In this document: positions 1 to 10,200 of the stretch, in pieces
Numbering within the stretch: the first letter of the stretch is position 1
Layout of the letters: each line of letters begins with the position of its first letter
Source of the DNA: Armatimonadota bacterium
GTDB lineage: Bacteria; Armatimonadota; SYMT01
Reading direction: 5' to 3'
NCBI GenBank assembly: GCA_041690135.1
Contig: JAWLHY010000022.1
Coordinates: 1 to 50,099, forward strand
DNA: 50,099 nt
The notes under the pieces: generated by a model
What the model saw: only the letters and a program-made list of their open reading frames with translations
The model's database searches: none
What the model was told of the DNA's origin: nothing
Made by a program: the position numbers and the translations under genes

Positions 1-1
1 A

Positions 2-88
2 GTCCTGGAAGGGAGCGAACTGATGAAACGGGTCTACGCCCATTTTGACTGTCCGGCTCACCCGCGCCTTTCCACGAAGGTCTCTTGA
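2..88 (+). CDS. possible 3' end of an upstream CDS (partial)
   Basis: Open frame from the window edge, VLEGSELMKRVYAHF...KVS*, with TGA at 86-88. It loosely resembles the last helix of a receiver domain. Confidence 0.3.
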   Translation, partial: VLEGSELMKRVYAHFDCPAHPRLSTKVS

Positions 89-129
89 GTTTGCACTAGC
101 CAGGCAGGCACTCACAACACAAACCAAGA

Positions 130-1908
130 ATGAACGGACACCCAGAAGACGCGACGGACGCGTCGTTCGATGGCTCGCTGCCGAAAACCCCCACGGGCAT
201 TGCGGGCCTGGATGAAATCACGCAAGGGGGACTACCGAAAGGACGCCCGACCCTGGTCAGCGGCGGGGTCGGATGCGGCAAGACGCTGTTCGGCGTCGAG
301 TTTCTGGTCCGGGGCGCCACCGAGTTCGGCGAGCCCGGCGTCCTCATGACCTTCGAGGAGACCCCCGCCGAACTGGTCGCCAATGTCCGCTCTCTCGGAT
401 TCGACCTCCAGGGCCTGGTGGACGAGAAGAAGCTGTCGCTCCACCACGTCCACATCGACCGGCGCGAGATCGAAGAGACAGGCGAGTACGACCTGGAAGG
501 GCTCTTCGTCCGGCTTGGGTACGCCATCGATACGCTAGGCGCGCAACGGGTCTTACTGGACACCCTGGAATCGATCTTTTCCGGATTCAACAACGAGGGC
601 ATCCTCCGTGCCGAGCTGCGCCGCCTTTTCCGCTGGCTGAAGGAACGGGGCGTAACCGCCGTGATCACCGCGGAGGCCCTGGGCGAACGCCTCTCCCGGC
701 ATGGCCTGGAGGAGTTCCTCTCGGACTGCGTCATTCGCCTCGACCGCCAGATGACGGAGGATGTCTCCACCCGCCGGTTGGAAATCGTCAAGTATCGAGG
801 CTCCGGCCACGGCACCAACGTGTACCCGTTCCTGATCGACCGGGGTGGGCTCTCCGTGCTCCCGATCACCTCCCTCGGCCTGGAGCATCGGGTCAGCCGC
901 GACCGCGTCTCCAGCGGCATCCCGCGCCTTGATGGCATGCTCGGCGGCGGTGGCTTCTACCGCGGGAGCAGCGTTCTCGCTTCCGGCACGGCGGGAACGG
1001 GCAAGACGAGCATCGCCGCCCACGCGGCCCGGGCCGCGTGCGAGCGCGGCGAGCGCTGTCTCTACTTCGCCTTCGAAGAATCGCCCGATCAGATCATCCG
1101 CAACATGCGATCGATCGGAGTCGATCTTCAACCCTGGGTAGATCGGGGGCTCCTTCGCTTCCATGCCGCTCGCCCGACGCTCCACGGATTGGAGATGCAC
1201 CTCACCACAATCCACAAGTGCGTGGAGGAGTTCCAGCCTTCTCTGGTGATCCTCGATCCGATCACCAACTTCGTGATGTCCGGCACTCCCACCCAGGTCA
1301 AGTCGATGCTGATTCGCCTGATCGACCTGCTCAAGACGCGCCAGATCACCTCCCTGTTCACCAGCCTCACCGAACCGGACGGAAGCCTGGAGCGCAGCGA
1401 GGCGGGCGTCTCGTCGCTCATCGATACCTGGCTGCTGCTCCGTTTTGTGGAGAGCAACGGCGAGCGCAACCGCACGCTGTATATCCTGAAGTCGCGCGGG
1501 ATGGCGCACTCCAACCAGGTGCGGGAGTTCACCATCTCGGAGCGCGGCGTCGACCTGGTGGACGTGTACCTCGGCCCGACCGGAGTGCTTACTGGCGCGG
1601 CCCGGTTCATGGAAGAAGCCCGCGAGCGGGCACGAGCCAGCGCGCAGGAAGAGGAACTCGAAGCCCGGAAGCGGGAACTCGCCCGCCAGCGCCTGGCGAT
1701 GGAGCGGACTATCGCCGCCCTGCACGAAGAGTTCCAGGCCCGCGAGGAAGAGTTCCAACGCCTGATCGCACAGGAGCAATCCCGCCAGACCATCGAGCGA
1801 ACGGATCGGGCGAAGCTGGCGCACCTCCGGTATGATCATGGCGAAGTGAGCGATTCGAGCGAAGAACGAATGGATACTGTGGGCACTGGAGAACAAGATG
1901 GCAACTGA
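130..1908 (+). CDS. kaiC: circadian clock protein KaiC (KaiC2-like, C-terminal coiled coil)
   Basis: Duplicated RecA-like ATPase: Walker A GGVGCGKT and GTAGTGKT, catalytic [26 protein letters not shown], phosphosite segment GVSSLIDTW, long E/R-rich tail. Confidence 0.97.
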   Translation: MNGHPEDATDASFDGSLPKTPTGIAGLDEITQGGLPKGRPTLVSGGVGCGKTLFGVEFLVRGATEFGEPGVLMTFEETPAELVANVRSLGFDLQGLVDEKKLSLHHVHIDRREIEETGEYDLEGLFVRLGYAIDTLGAQRVLLDTLESIFSGFNNEGILRAELRRLFRWLKERGVTAVITAEALGERLSRHGLEEFLSDCVIRLDRQMTEDVSTRRLEIVKYRGSGHGTNVYPFLIDRGGLSVLPITSLGLEHRVSRDRVSSGIPRLDGMLGGGGFYRGSSVLASGTAGTGKTSIAAHAARAACERGERCLYFAFEESPDQIIRNMRSIGVDLQPWVDRGLLRFHAARPTLHGLEMHLTTIHKCVEEFQPSLVILDPITNFVMSGTPTQVKSMLIRLIDLLKTRQITSLFTSLTEPDGSLERSEAGVSSLIDTWLLLRFVESNGERNRTLYILKSRGMAHSNQVREFTISERGVDLVDVYLGPTGVLTGAARFMEEARERARASAQEEELEARKRELARQRLAMERTIAALHEEFQAREEEFQRLIAQEQSRQTIERTDRAKLAHLRYDHGEVSDSSEERMDTVGTGEQDGN

Positions 1909-2239
1909 GTATTTTGACCTCACTAATCTGGACCCTGCCGATCTGGAGGGGGACGAGGAGGAGGGGCCGGTCTGGGACCTGCGCCTTTACGTAGCCGGCC
2001 AAACGCCACGCTGCATCAGCGCGTTCGCCAACCTGAAGCGGCTTTGTGAAGAGCACCTGGAGGGGAAGTACCGCATCGAAGTCATCGACCTGCTGGCCAA
2101 CCCACAGTTGGCGGAGGGCGATCAGATCCTGGCGATCCCCACCCTGGTCCGCCGCCTGCCCAGGCCGCTGCGGAAGGTGATCGGAGACCTGTCGAACACC
2201 GAACGGGTGCTCGTGGGCCTCGACCTCCGCCCTCTTTGA
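1898..2239 (+). CDS. kaiB: circadian clock protein KaiB
   Basis: [10 protein letters not shown]...[29 protein letters not shown]...IGDLS; overlaps the kaiC end by 11 nt. Confidence 0.95.
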   Translation: MATEYFDLTNLDPADLEGDEEEGPVWDLRLYVAGQTPRCISAFANLKRLCEEHLEGKYRIEVIDLLANPQLAEGDQILAIPTLVRRLPRPLRKVIGDLSNTERVLVGLDLRPL

Positions 2240-2271
2240 TCCGGTAGCGTCGAGTTGGTGATTGCGGCAAG

Positions 2272-2649
2272 ATGTCGATCTCCTTTGAGGATGAGGATCG
2301 CTACGCACCGGGCTTTCTGGAAGCAGTCGAAGCTTTCGAACAAGTAGCAGCAAGGCCGCCAACTTTTGAATTGGTGCTGTATGTGGCAGGATCCGCGCCG
2401 CGCTCGCTCCGCGCTATCGCCAATACCCGGCGCCTTTGTCAGCAGATAGAAGGCGACTACGACCTGGAGATTGTGGATATCTATCAACAGCCCGATCTGG
2501 CGGAAGAAGACGGAATCCTCGCCGTTCCGGTGCTGATCAAGAGGCAACCGCTCCCTGTGATGCGCTTCGTGGGTGACCTGAGCGATCTGGGGCGCGTGGC
2601 TGCCGGGCTGGGCATTTCGCCCCGCCGGCGGGGCAACGAGGAGGCATGA
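2272..2649 (+). CDS. kaiB: second KaiB-family protein
   Basis: LVLYVAGSAPRS...LEIVDIYQQPDLAEEDGILAVPVLIK...VGDLSD. Confidence 0.92.
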   Translation: MSISFEDEDRYAPGFLEAVEAFEQVAARPPTFELVLYVAGSAPRSLRAIANTRRLCQQIEGDYDLEIVDIYQQPDLAEEDGILAVPVLIKRQPLPVMRFVGDLSDLGRVAAGLGISPRRRGNEEA

Positions 2650-4460
2650 CGGAACGCACTCCCCTGGAAGAAGAGCAGTCCCTCATCATCCACGACCTGC
2701 GCATGCGCCTGGAAGAGGCCGAGGAGGTCCTGGCCGCGCTCCGCCGGGGTGAAGTGGACGCGCTGGTCGTCAAGCCTGGAAACCGGCCCCAGATCTGGTC
2801 GCTCAATGGGGTCGATCACGTCTACCGCGTCCTGTTCGAGACGCTGAACGAAGGCGCGCTGACCCTCAACTCGGAAGGGACGATCCTCTACTCCAACGCT
2901 CAGTTTGCCGGTCTCACGGGCAACCGTCTCCAGCGGGTGCTCGGCACCCCCTTCCAGGACCACATCATCGAAACGGATTGGGAGGTTTTCCGGATGCTGC
3001 TGGAGAGGGGCCTCCAGCGTTGCAGTAAGGGAGAGATCCGTCTTCAGCGGGCCGATGGCACGCTCGTCCCCGTGATGATCTCCTTGAACGCGGTGGAGAT
3101 CGAGCAAGTTGGGCGCACCTGCACGGTGGTGGTCTCCGACCTTACCGAGCTGAAGCGGGTGCAAACAGCGCTGGCTGAAGTCAACGACCAGCTCGAACAG
3201 CGCGTCGAGTCGCGCACCCGGAAACTGCGCGAAGAGATCGCGCGGCGCACCCAGCTCGAAGCGGAGCTCCAAAAGCGGGCGGAGCTACTCGCGGACGCCG
3301 ACCAGCGCAAAAACGAGTTCCTCGCCATGCTTGGCCACGAGCTCCGGAACCCACTGGCGCCGATCATGAACGCGGTGGAGGTCATCCGTATCCGCGGCGG
3401 GCGCAACCCGGAAGTGGGCCGGGCTCGGGAAGTCATCGAGCGCCAGATTCGCCATATGGCCCGCCTGGTGGACGATCTCCTGGACGTCTCTCGGATCACC
3501 CGCGGACTGGTGGAACTCCGACGCGAGCGCCTCGACCTGGTCTCCGTGGTAGAATCGGCCGCAGGTGCCTGCCGAGGCGCCGTGGAGGCGGCCGGCCATC
3601 GGCTTTCCGTTTCGATGCCGGACGAGCCCTGCTGGCTGGAGGGTGACGGTACTCGCCTGGAGCAGGTGGTCACCAACTTGCTCAGCAACGCCATCAAATA
3701 CACCCCTCCCGGAGGCGACATAGTCCTGACGCTGGTGCGGGAAGGGGACTGGGCCGAGCTGGCGGTACGGGACTCGGGCCGTGGAATTCCCCCCGAAATG
3801 CTGGCCCATATTTTCGACCTGTTCACGCAAGTCGACACCACCATCGACCGCTCTCTCGGCGGTCTGGGCATCGGCCTCACGGTGGTTCGCAACCTGGTGG
3901 AGTTGCATGGCGGCACGGTGCACGTCAGCAGCGACGGACCGGGACACGGCAGCGAGTTCCTGATCCGCCTCCCGCTCTCGCCACGTGAGGCGCCTGGAAT
4001 TCCCCCGGAGAACCCGCAACCGGAAAGCGCCCATCGGGGTCTGCGGGTCCTCATCGTCGAGGACAACATCGATTCGGCGGAGACCCTGGCGGAATTGCTG
4101 GAAATCTGGGGACACGCGGTGCGATTCGTACATCATGGGCAGGCCGCGCTGGAGGAAGCCCGCGAGTTCCACCCCGATGCCGTTATCCTGGACATCGGCC
4201 TCCCCGGTCTCGACGGTTACCAGGTCACCCGAGAATTGCGCCGCGACCCCTCCCTGGCCGCTACCCGGGTGATCGCCCTCACCGGCTACGGGCTGCACCA
4301 GGACCGCGAGAAGGCGCTATCCGCGGGTTTTGACATCCACCTGACCAAACCGGTGAACCCCGAACGGCTCCGCGCTCTGCTGGCCTCTCTCGACGGCAAA
4401 CCGGCGCTCGCCAAATCCGAATCCAACCCTTCAAGTCCAACCCCCTCCGATCGGGGCTAG
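2646..4460 (+). CDS. PAS-domain hybrid sensor histidine kinase/response regulator
   Basis: N-terminal coiled coil with GEVDA, PAS domain, H-box FLAMLGHELRNPL, N-box NLLSNAIKYT, G1 DSGRGI, G2 GLGIGL, receiver VEDN...LDIGLP...KP. ATGA overlap with the second kaiB. Confidence 0.95.
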   Translation: MTERTPLEEEQSLIIHDLRMRLEEAEEVLAALRRGEVDALVVKPGNRPQIWSLNGVDHVYRVLFETLNEGALTLNSEGTILYSNAQFAGLTGNRLQRVLGTPFQDHIIETDWEVFRMLLERGLQRCSKGEIRLQRADGTLVPVMISLNAVEIEQVGRTCTVVVSDLTELKRVQTALAEVNDQLEQRVESRTRKLREEIARRTQLEAELQKRAELLADADQRKNEFLAMLGHELRNPLAPIMNAVEVIRIRGGRNPEVGRAREVIERQIRHMARLVDDLLDVSRITRGLVELRRERLDLVSVVESAAGACRGAVEAAGHRLSVSMPDEPCWLEGDGTRLEQVVTNLLSNAIKYTPPGGDIVLTLVREGDWAELAVRDSGRGIPPEMLAHIFDLFTQVDTTIDRSLGGLGIGLTVVRNLVELHGGTVHVSSDGPGHGSEFLIRLPLSPREAPGIPPENPQPESAHRGLRVLIVEDNIDSAETLAELLEIWGHAVRFVHHGQAALEEAREFHPDAVILDIGLPGLDGYQVTRELRRDPSLAATRVIALTGYGLHQDREKALSAGFDIHLTKPVNPERLRALLASLDGKPALAKSESNPSSPTPSDRG

Positions 4461-4563
4461 TGAGTTGCCTATCGCGCAAGTTCGATTGACCCCGCGTCGG
4501 GTCCGTCGAGCCAAGACGGACCCGGCGGAGTGCGGTAGGCACTCTGTCGCTGCACCCGCAGAT

Positions 4564-4588
4564 GTAGGGTGGAGGCTCCGACCCCGCC
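4564..4588 (+). repeat. GTAG-type REP-like palindrome
   Basis: gtagGGTGGAGgctccgaCCCCGCC; related to copies at 20691 and 26303. Confidence 0.5.
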
Positions 4589-4798
4589 GGGCTCTGGGTT
4601 AGAACCGGTCCTGCCGTGTGAGCCTCCGCTCGCACCGCCGCTATGCCGGACGGTAACCATCCCTGCCCACCATTCGCTTGGCGCATCACCGGAACGCACC
4701 CAGTGTGCAGCTCCACAGCCGCAATGCACCTGGTTAGGGTCGCGGTCATACACCCGGCAGATTACTCCCGGTGGAGTACACCCGGCGGAGCATAGGGC

Positions 4799-4929
4799 AT
4801 AGGGTTTGGCTGTCCCCGACCTGAATCATGCCTCCGCAGCCGTACTGCACCTCGGTAACCGTAATGCACCCTGTAGGGTCGGCGTCGCCGTCCCCGACCA
4901 GGGCCTTGCCCGCGCACCCGTCCGGCACT
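4799..4929 (+). repeat. two copies of a ~57-bp GTAG-REP-containing element
   Basis: 4799-4851 and 4873-4929 (gtagggtcggcgtcgccgtccccgaccaggg...) align by eye with the reverse complement of 43929-43985. Confidence 0.7.
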
Positions 4930-5016
4930 ATGGACCGCCGTCCCGAACTCTGCCCGCGCCGCTGCCCGGGTGCCGATCCTGTCCCACACCACGCGCACCG
5001 TCTCGTCCGCCTCCCG

Positions 5017-5039
5017 GTGGCGCGGGCGTCTCGCCTGCC
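5017..5039 (+). repeat. REP-like palindrome GTGGCGCGGGCGTCTCGCCYGC
   Basis: Same motif at 9128, 17478 (inverted), 25059 and 25099. Confidence 0.75.
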
Positions 5040-5187
5040 ACACCAACGTCACACTTCCCGTCCGCCCCTTTAACCCACATCCCCTCCGCCCCGATAGTTC
5101 ATGCGATGCGGGATCGGCAATCCTCCAAAATCCCGCAATTGCTTGCACACACCGCACCGCCGGGTTCCGGCCGTTTCGAAAGTACCT

Positions 5188-5832
5188 ATGCGCAAAAGCT
5201 TTTCTCGTTCCGGCTTCACCCTGATCGAATTGCTCGTGGTGATAGCCATCATCGCCATCCTCGCCGCCATCCTCTTTCCCGTCTTCGCCCGCGCGCGGGA
5301 GGCCGCTCGCCAGTCCAGTTGTCTCAGCAACACCCGGCAGTGGGGCGTCGCCGCCATGGCGTACACCCAGGATTACGACGAGACGCTTCCTCCGGGCGCC
5401 AATCCCCCCGGAGTCTCCGGGGGCTGGATGGGACTGCTGGAGCCCTATGTGAAGAACACCCAACTCCGCAAGTGTCCGTCGCTCCCGGCCAGCTACAACT
5501 ACGGCTACGGCTGGAACTATCAGAACCTGGGCTACTACAGCGGCGGTTCCGGGACCTACAGCAATTGGGGCGTCTCCCTGGCTGCCTTCACGAAACCGGC
5601 TGACACCATCCTGCTGGGCGACAACCCGGACATCGGGTTCTGGGGTGCCAACGCCGTCTACTGCTACGGCCCAACGCAGTTGAACACCGCCGGTGCGGCT
5701 ACGGATGACCCCGTCCTGGCCAACATCGCGCACCGCCACAATGGCGGCGGCAACTACGCATTCGCCGACGGTCACAGCAAGTGGATCGTGGCGGGCAAGG
5801 CTACCCAGGACACGGCTATCTGGCAGAAGTAA
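5188..5832 (+). CDS. DUF1559-family protein with prepilin-type N-terminal cleavage/methylation motif and H-X9-DG C-terminus
   Basis: [40 protein letters not shown]; C-terminal [16 protein letters not shown] 5188 chosen as start. Confidence 0.93.
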   Translation: MRKSFSRSGFTLIELLVVIAIIAILAAILFPVFARAREAARQSSCLSNTRQWGVAAMAYTQDYDETLPPGANPPGVSGGWMGLLEPYVKNTQLRKCPSLPASYNYGYGWNYQNLGYYSGGSGTYSNWGVSLAAFTKPADTILLGDNPDIGFWGANAVYCYGPTQLNTAGAATDDPVLANIAHRHNGGGNYAFADGHSKWIVAGKATQDTAIWQK

Positions 5833-5856
5833 AATCCGGACCCAGGTGACCGGCTG

Positions 5857-5902
5857 AAAAAGAGCTCCCGAGGAGGATATCGCCCACCTTGGGAGCTCTT
5901 TT
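5857..5902. terminator. bidirectional intrinsic terminator-like hairpin
   Basis: aaaagagctcccgagg...ccttgggagctctttt directly after the first DUF1559 stop. Confidence 0.75.
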
Positions 5903-6132
5903 GGCGGCCGGCTCACTCCTCTACCTGGGATTGTCGTTTTTATGATTGGCTATATTAATCTATCAGGCACTTACTCTAAATAAATCCTAACGACCCACTG
6001 CAGTGACAGTGCCGCGAGGCGTGTCAAATTAACACGATCTCCCAACGGCAATGCGGAAGAACCGTTACCCGCTCTCCGCCTCATTGCCCTTACCTCACCA
6101 TTACCCGCTAGGAGTGGGTTCAGGAGTCCCGC

Positions 6133-6867
6133 ATGCGTAAGTGCCTCAACCGCCCCGGTTTTACCCTGATCGAATTACTTGTGGTCATAGCCATTATCGC
6201 CATTCTTGCCGCTATCCTCTTCCCGGTATTCGCCCGCGCGCGGGAGGCGGCGCGCCAGACTTCTTGTCGCAGCAACCTCAAGCAGATCGCCACGGCCGCG
6301 AACATGTACACCACCGACTACGATGAGGTGAAGGTACCCTCCGCCAACTGCGGCGGCCCCACCCTGGAAACGGGAGTGGCTGCGGGTGCCAACAGTGGCT
6401 GTCCCAGCGGCTTTATCGGGCTGTGGCAGCACCGGATTCACCCGTATGTCAAGAACACCGGCCTCTTCAACTGTCCCAGCCACCGGACGTTCACCTACAG
6501 CGGACAGTACACCGGTAACTTCGGCTACGGCATGAACCGGGCGCTGTCCGGAAGCTGGTCGGATGCCGCCATCACCCGTCCCGCCGACCTGATCTACTTC
6601 GCCGACAGCTACTATTACCTGGTGCGCCCCTCCGACGGCTCAAACGCCGGCAACTACCTCCGCACCAGCAACGCCGGCAACTGCAATGCCTCCCCACTGG
6701 ACTTCCGGCACAACGACATCATCAACGTGGCCTATTACGACGGGCACGTAAAGAGCATCAAAGCCCGGTCGGTCTTTGGCGGTGGCTGGACTCCCAGCAC
6801 CACCGACTGCCCCGCTGCCAGCGTCTTCGACGGCGTCCAGTCCGCCTGGAACCCCGCGTCGCCATAG
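6133..6867 (+). CDS. second DUF1559-family prepilin-type/H-X9-DG protein
   Basis: [44 protein letters not shown]; [15 protein letters not shown]; SD aggag upstream. Confidence 0.93.
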   Translation: MRKCLNRPGFTLIELLVVIAIIAILAAILFPVFARAREAARQTSCRSNLKQIATAANMYTTDYDEVKVPSANCGGPTLETGVAAGANSGCPSGFIGLWQHRIHPYVKNTGLFNCPSHRTFTYSGQYTGNFGYGMNRALSGSWSDAAITRPADLIYFADSYYYLVRPSDGSNAGNYLRTSNAGNCNASPLDFRHNDIINVAYYDGHVKSIKARSVFGGGWTPSTTDCPAASVFDGVQSAWNPASP

Positions 6868-6977
6868 GCTCCCTCGGGTGCTACTCACATCCGACCCCCA
6901 AATGCTTGTCAACCGGCGAAACGACCCGTGTTGCAGTGCCGGCAATGGACGAAGCATGTCCCGTCATAGGTACGGAA

Positions 6978-7019
6978 CTCCCCTCTCCCGCAGCGTGGGA
7001 GAGGGGTGGGGGTGAGGGG
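6978..7019 (+). repeat. CCCCTCTCCC...GGGAGAGGGG REP-like hairpin
   Basis: ctcccctctccc gcagcgt gggagagggg tgggggtgaggg. Confidence 0.65.
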
Positions 7020-7215
7020 AATTTGAGCACGGTGGACGCTGGGTTTAGTGGGTTCGGGAGACGGATATCCGAGGGCACTCCCTACCACCCCCTCGCACCT
7101 GCTCGTCCTACCCCCTATGGCGTCGCGCGCCATTCACCTGGCTCCGCCGCAACCTCTCCCTCTCGCAGGTGTCCCATAGTCCTGGTAGATCTGTGTGCGG
7201 AGAGGATGCGCGACG

Positions 7216-10200
7216 ATGCGAGCAGGACCCCCCGGGACAAAGTTCGTCCTGGCAGCAGCCACCCTCTGGTGCGGCGCGGCCACCTGGGCCGCCGCACCAG
7301 TCCAACTCGACCCTTGGCTCCCGTCCGTACAACTCGCGTCATCCGACACCCGCACCAACCACGCCGCCCCCGACGGTCCGATGCGTTCGGACATCCGCAC
7401 CGGCGCCACTGGTCCAACAACACCGGTCGCGCCAGCGTGGCATCTTTCAGGCTCCAAGCCCTCACGCATTGCGCGTTACGCTTTACGCCTCCCCGGCACG
7501 AAGCCCCCGTCCAGGCCCACAGCTAAAACCTCGTCCGAGAATCTCGACTTCTTCGAGCGCGAGATTCGTCCCCTGCTCGCCGAGCACTGCTTTTCCTGCC
7601 ATGGACCTAGAGTCCAGCAATCCGGTCTGCGCCTCGACTCGCGGCAGGCGCTCTTCAAGGGCGGCACGCGCGGCCCGGCCCTGGGGGCCGGCAAGCTCGA
7701 AGACAGCCTTCTCCTGAGATCGGTCCGCCACGACGGCCTCCAGATGCCGCCCGGCAAGAAGCTACCGGACCGCCAGATCGCCGCCCTTGAGAAGTGGCTC
7801 CGCCTCGGCGCTCCCTGGCCCGATGCCGGGGGAAAGGGGCCGGGGGCCAGGGGTCAGAACAAATCGACAATTGACAATTCTCAAGTGTCAATTGTTAATG
7901 CCCCAACCCACTGGAGCTTCCGTCCTCTTCGCCGCCCTGCCGTTCCCGACGTCCGGATGAAGGGGTGGGTGAAAACGCCGATTGACGCGTTCGTGCTGGC
8001 TCGCCTCGAGAAGGCCGGTCTCAAGCCCTCGCCCGCGGCGGACCGGCGAACACTCCTGCGACGCGTCTACTTCGACCTGATCGGCCTGCCGCCCACGCCG
8101 GAGGAGATGGACGCGTTCCTGGTCGACCGGAGTCCCGCCGCCTACGAGAAAGTGGTGGACCGCCTCCTGGCCTCCCCGCACTATGGCGAGCGGTGGGGTC
8201 GGCACTGGTTGGACGTGGCCCGGTACGCGGACACGAAAGATGGCGTATTGATGTTCGGGCCGAACCGGATCCGGCCGTTCGCCTACACTTATCGCGACTA
8301 CGTGATCCGCGCCCTAAACGAAGATACGCCATTCGACCGTTTCGTCCACGAGCAACTCGCCGCGGACCAGATCCAGCCGCCGGTGGAACCATGGCGACTT
8401 GCCGCCATGGGGTACCTCACGCTCGGGAAGATGTTCGACAACAACGTCCACGACGTGATCGACGATCGGATCGACGTGGTGACCCGCGGCTTCATGGGGC
8501 TCACCGTCTCTTGTGCCCGGTGCCACGACCACAAGTACGATCCGATCCCCACCGCGGACTACTACTCCCTCTACGGAATCTTCGCCAGCAGTGAGGCCCC
8601 CCTGGAGTTGCCCCGGATCGAGCGGCCGGAAGACGTGCCCGGCTCGGCGGAGTTCGAGAAGGCTTATGCCGCCAAGCGCGCCGAGATCGCGAAATTCCTG
8701 GACGAGCAGTTCACCCTCCAGAGCGAGACGGCGCGAAAGCGAACGGGGGACTACCTGGTGCGCGTCGCGACCGAGAAGCCGGATCCGCTCGAAACCGCCA
8801 TCTTCTTCCTTTCTCTCGCACCCGAAGACCTGCGGCCGCAGATCGTCGCGCGGTGGCGCAAGTATCTGGAGCGCCGCGCCCGCCCCGAGGACCCGGTGTT
8901 CGGTCCCTGGCACGACCTGATGCAGCTTCCGGAGAACGGCTTCACCGACGCGGCGCAGCAAGTCGCCACTCGCTGGCTGGCGCGCCCCACGGGCACCGCA
9001 CCCCGGCAGTTGAACCCGCTGGTCGGGGAACTCCTGGCCGGCGCCCCGTTCGCGGATCGGGCCGCCGTCGCCCGCGCCTATGGCGCGCTGATCCTGCGCG
9101 CACACGAGGAGAGCCGAAACCACAAAAGTGGGACGGGCGTCTCGCCCGCCACCTCGGCCCCGCGTGCCGGCACACAAGAGCGAGCTCAATGGCAGCTCTT
9201 GGAGATCCTGGGGGCGCAGGACAGCCCCGCCTTCTTCCCACGGAGCCAGACCTGGCACTACATGTCCCGCGGCGAGAAGGACAAGTACGCCGGCATGCTG
9301 GTAGAGCTGGACCGGCTGGCGGTGACCTCGCAGAAGGTCCCCGCGCGTGCCATGGTGCTCAATGATGCGCCGGAATTGCTGCAGCCGCGGATCTTTGTTC
9401 GGGGCAACCCCTCGCAGCCCGGCGATGCGGTCCCCCGGCAGTTCCTCGCCGTACTTTCCGGAAGTAAGCGACAGCCGTTCGTCCACGGCAGCGGTCGTCT
9501 CGACCTAGCCCGCGCCATCACGTCCCCCGACAACCCGCTTACCGCCCGGGTCATCGTCAACCGTGTCTGGATGCACCACTTTGGCGAGCCCCTCGTCGCC
9601 ACCCCCGGCGACTTCGGCTCCCGCAGCACCCCGCCGACCCACCCCGAACTGCTGGACTACCTGGCCAGCCGCTTCGCGGCGGGGGTTGGGGGTCAGGAGC
9701 CAGGGAAAGAAGGCAAATTGGCAATATCCAATTTGCAATTGCCAATTGTCAATTCCCGCCTCTCGTCCGACGCCGGGCCCCAGCCCCCAGCCCCCAGCCA
9801 CGCCGAAGGTTTAGGTTGGAGTCTAAAGAAGCTGCATCGCCTCCTCGTCACCAGCAGCGTCTACCGGCAAGCTTCGCTGGTGCCCGCAACCAGTCCCGCC
9901 CAGGGTAAAGCCGCAGTGAAGGATCCGCGGGTCGTCGATCCCGAGAACCGCCTCCTCTGGCACTACCACCGGCGCCGGCTTGACCTGGAGGCGATGCGGG
10001 ACGGAATACTCCATGTCGCGGGACGCCTGGACCCCGCGATGGGCGGCCGGCCGGTGGACATCGTGGGGGAACCGGCGAACCAACGACGGACTGTCTACGG
10101 CCTGGTCGACCGTCAAGGTCTACCCGGTCTCTTCCGCAACTTCGACTTCGCCAACCCGGACCAGTCTGCCGATCGCCGGCCCCAGACGACGGTACCACAG

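Noticed and set aside
5931-5959. sigma70 promoter TTGTCG...TATATT
   Set aside because: Spacing is 14 nt; the region is AT-rich but the boxes cannot be assigned.
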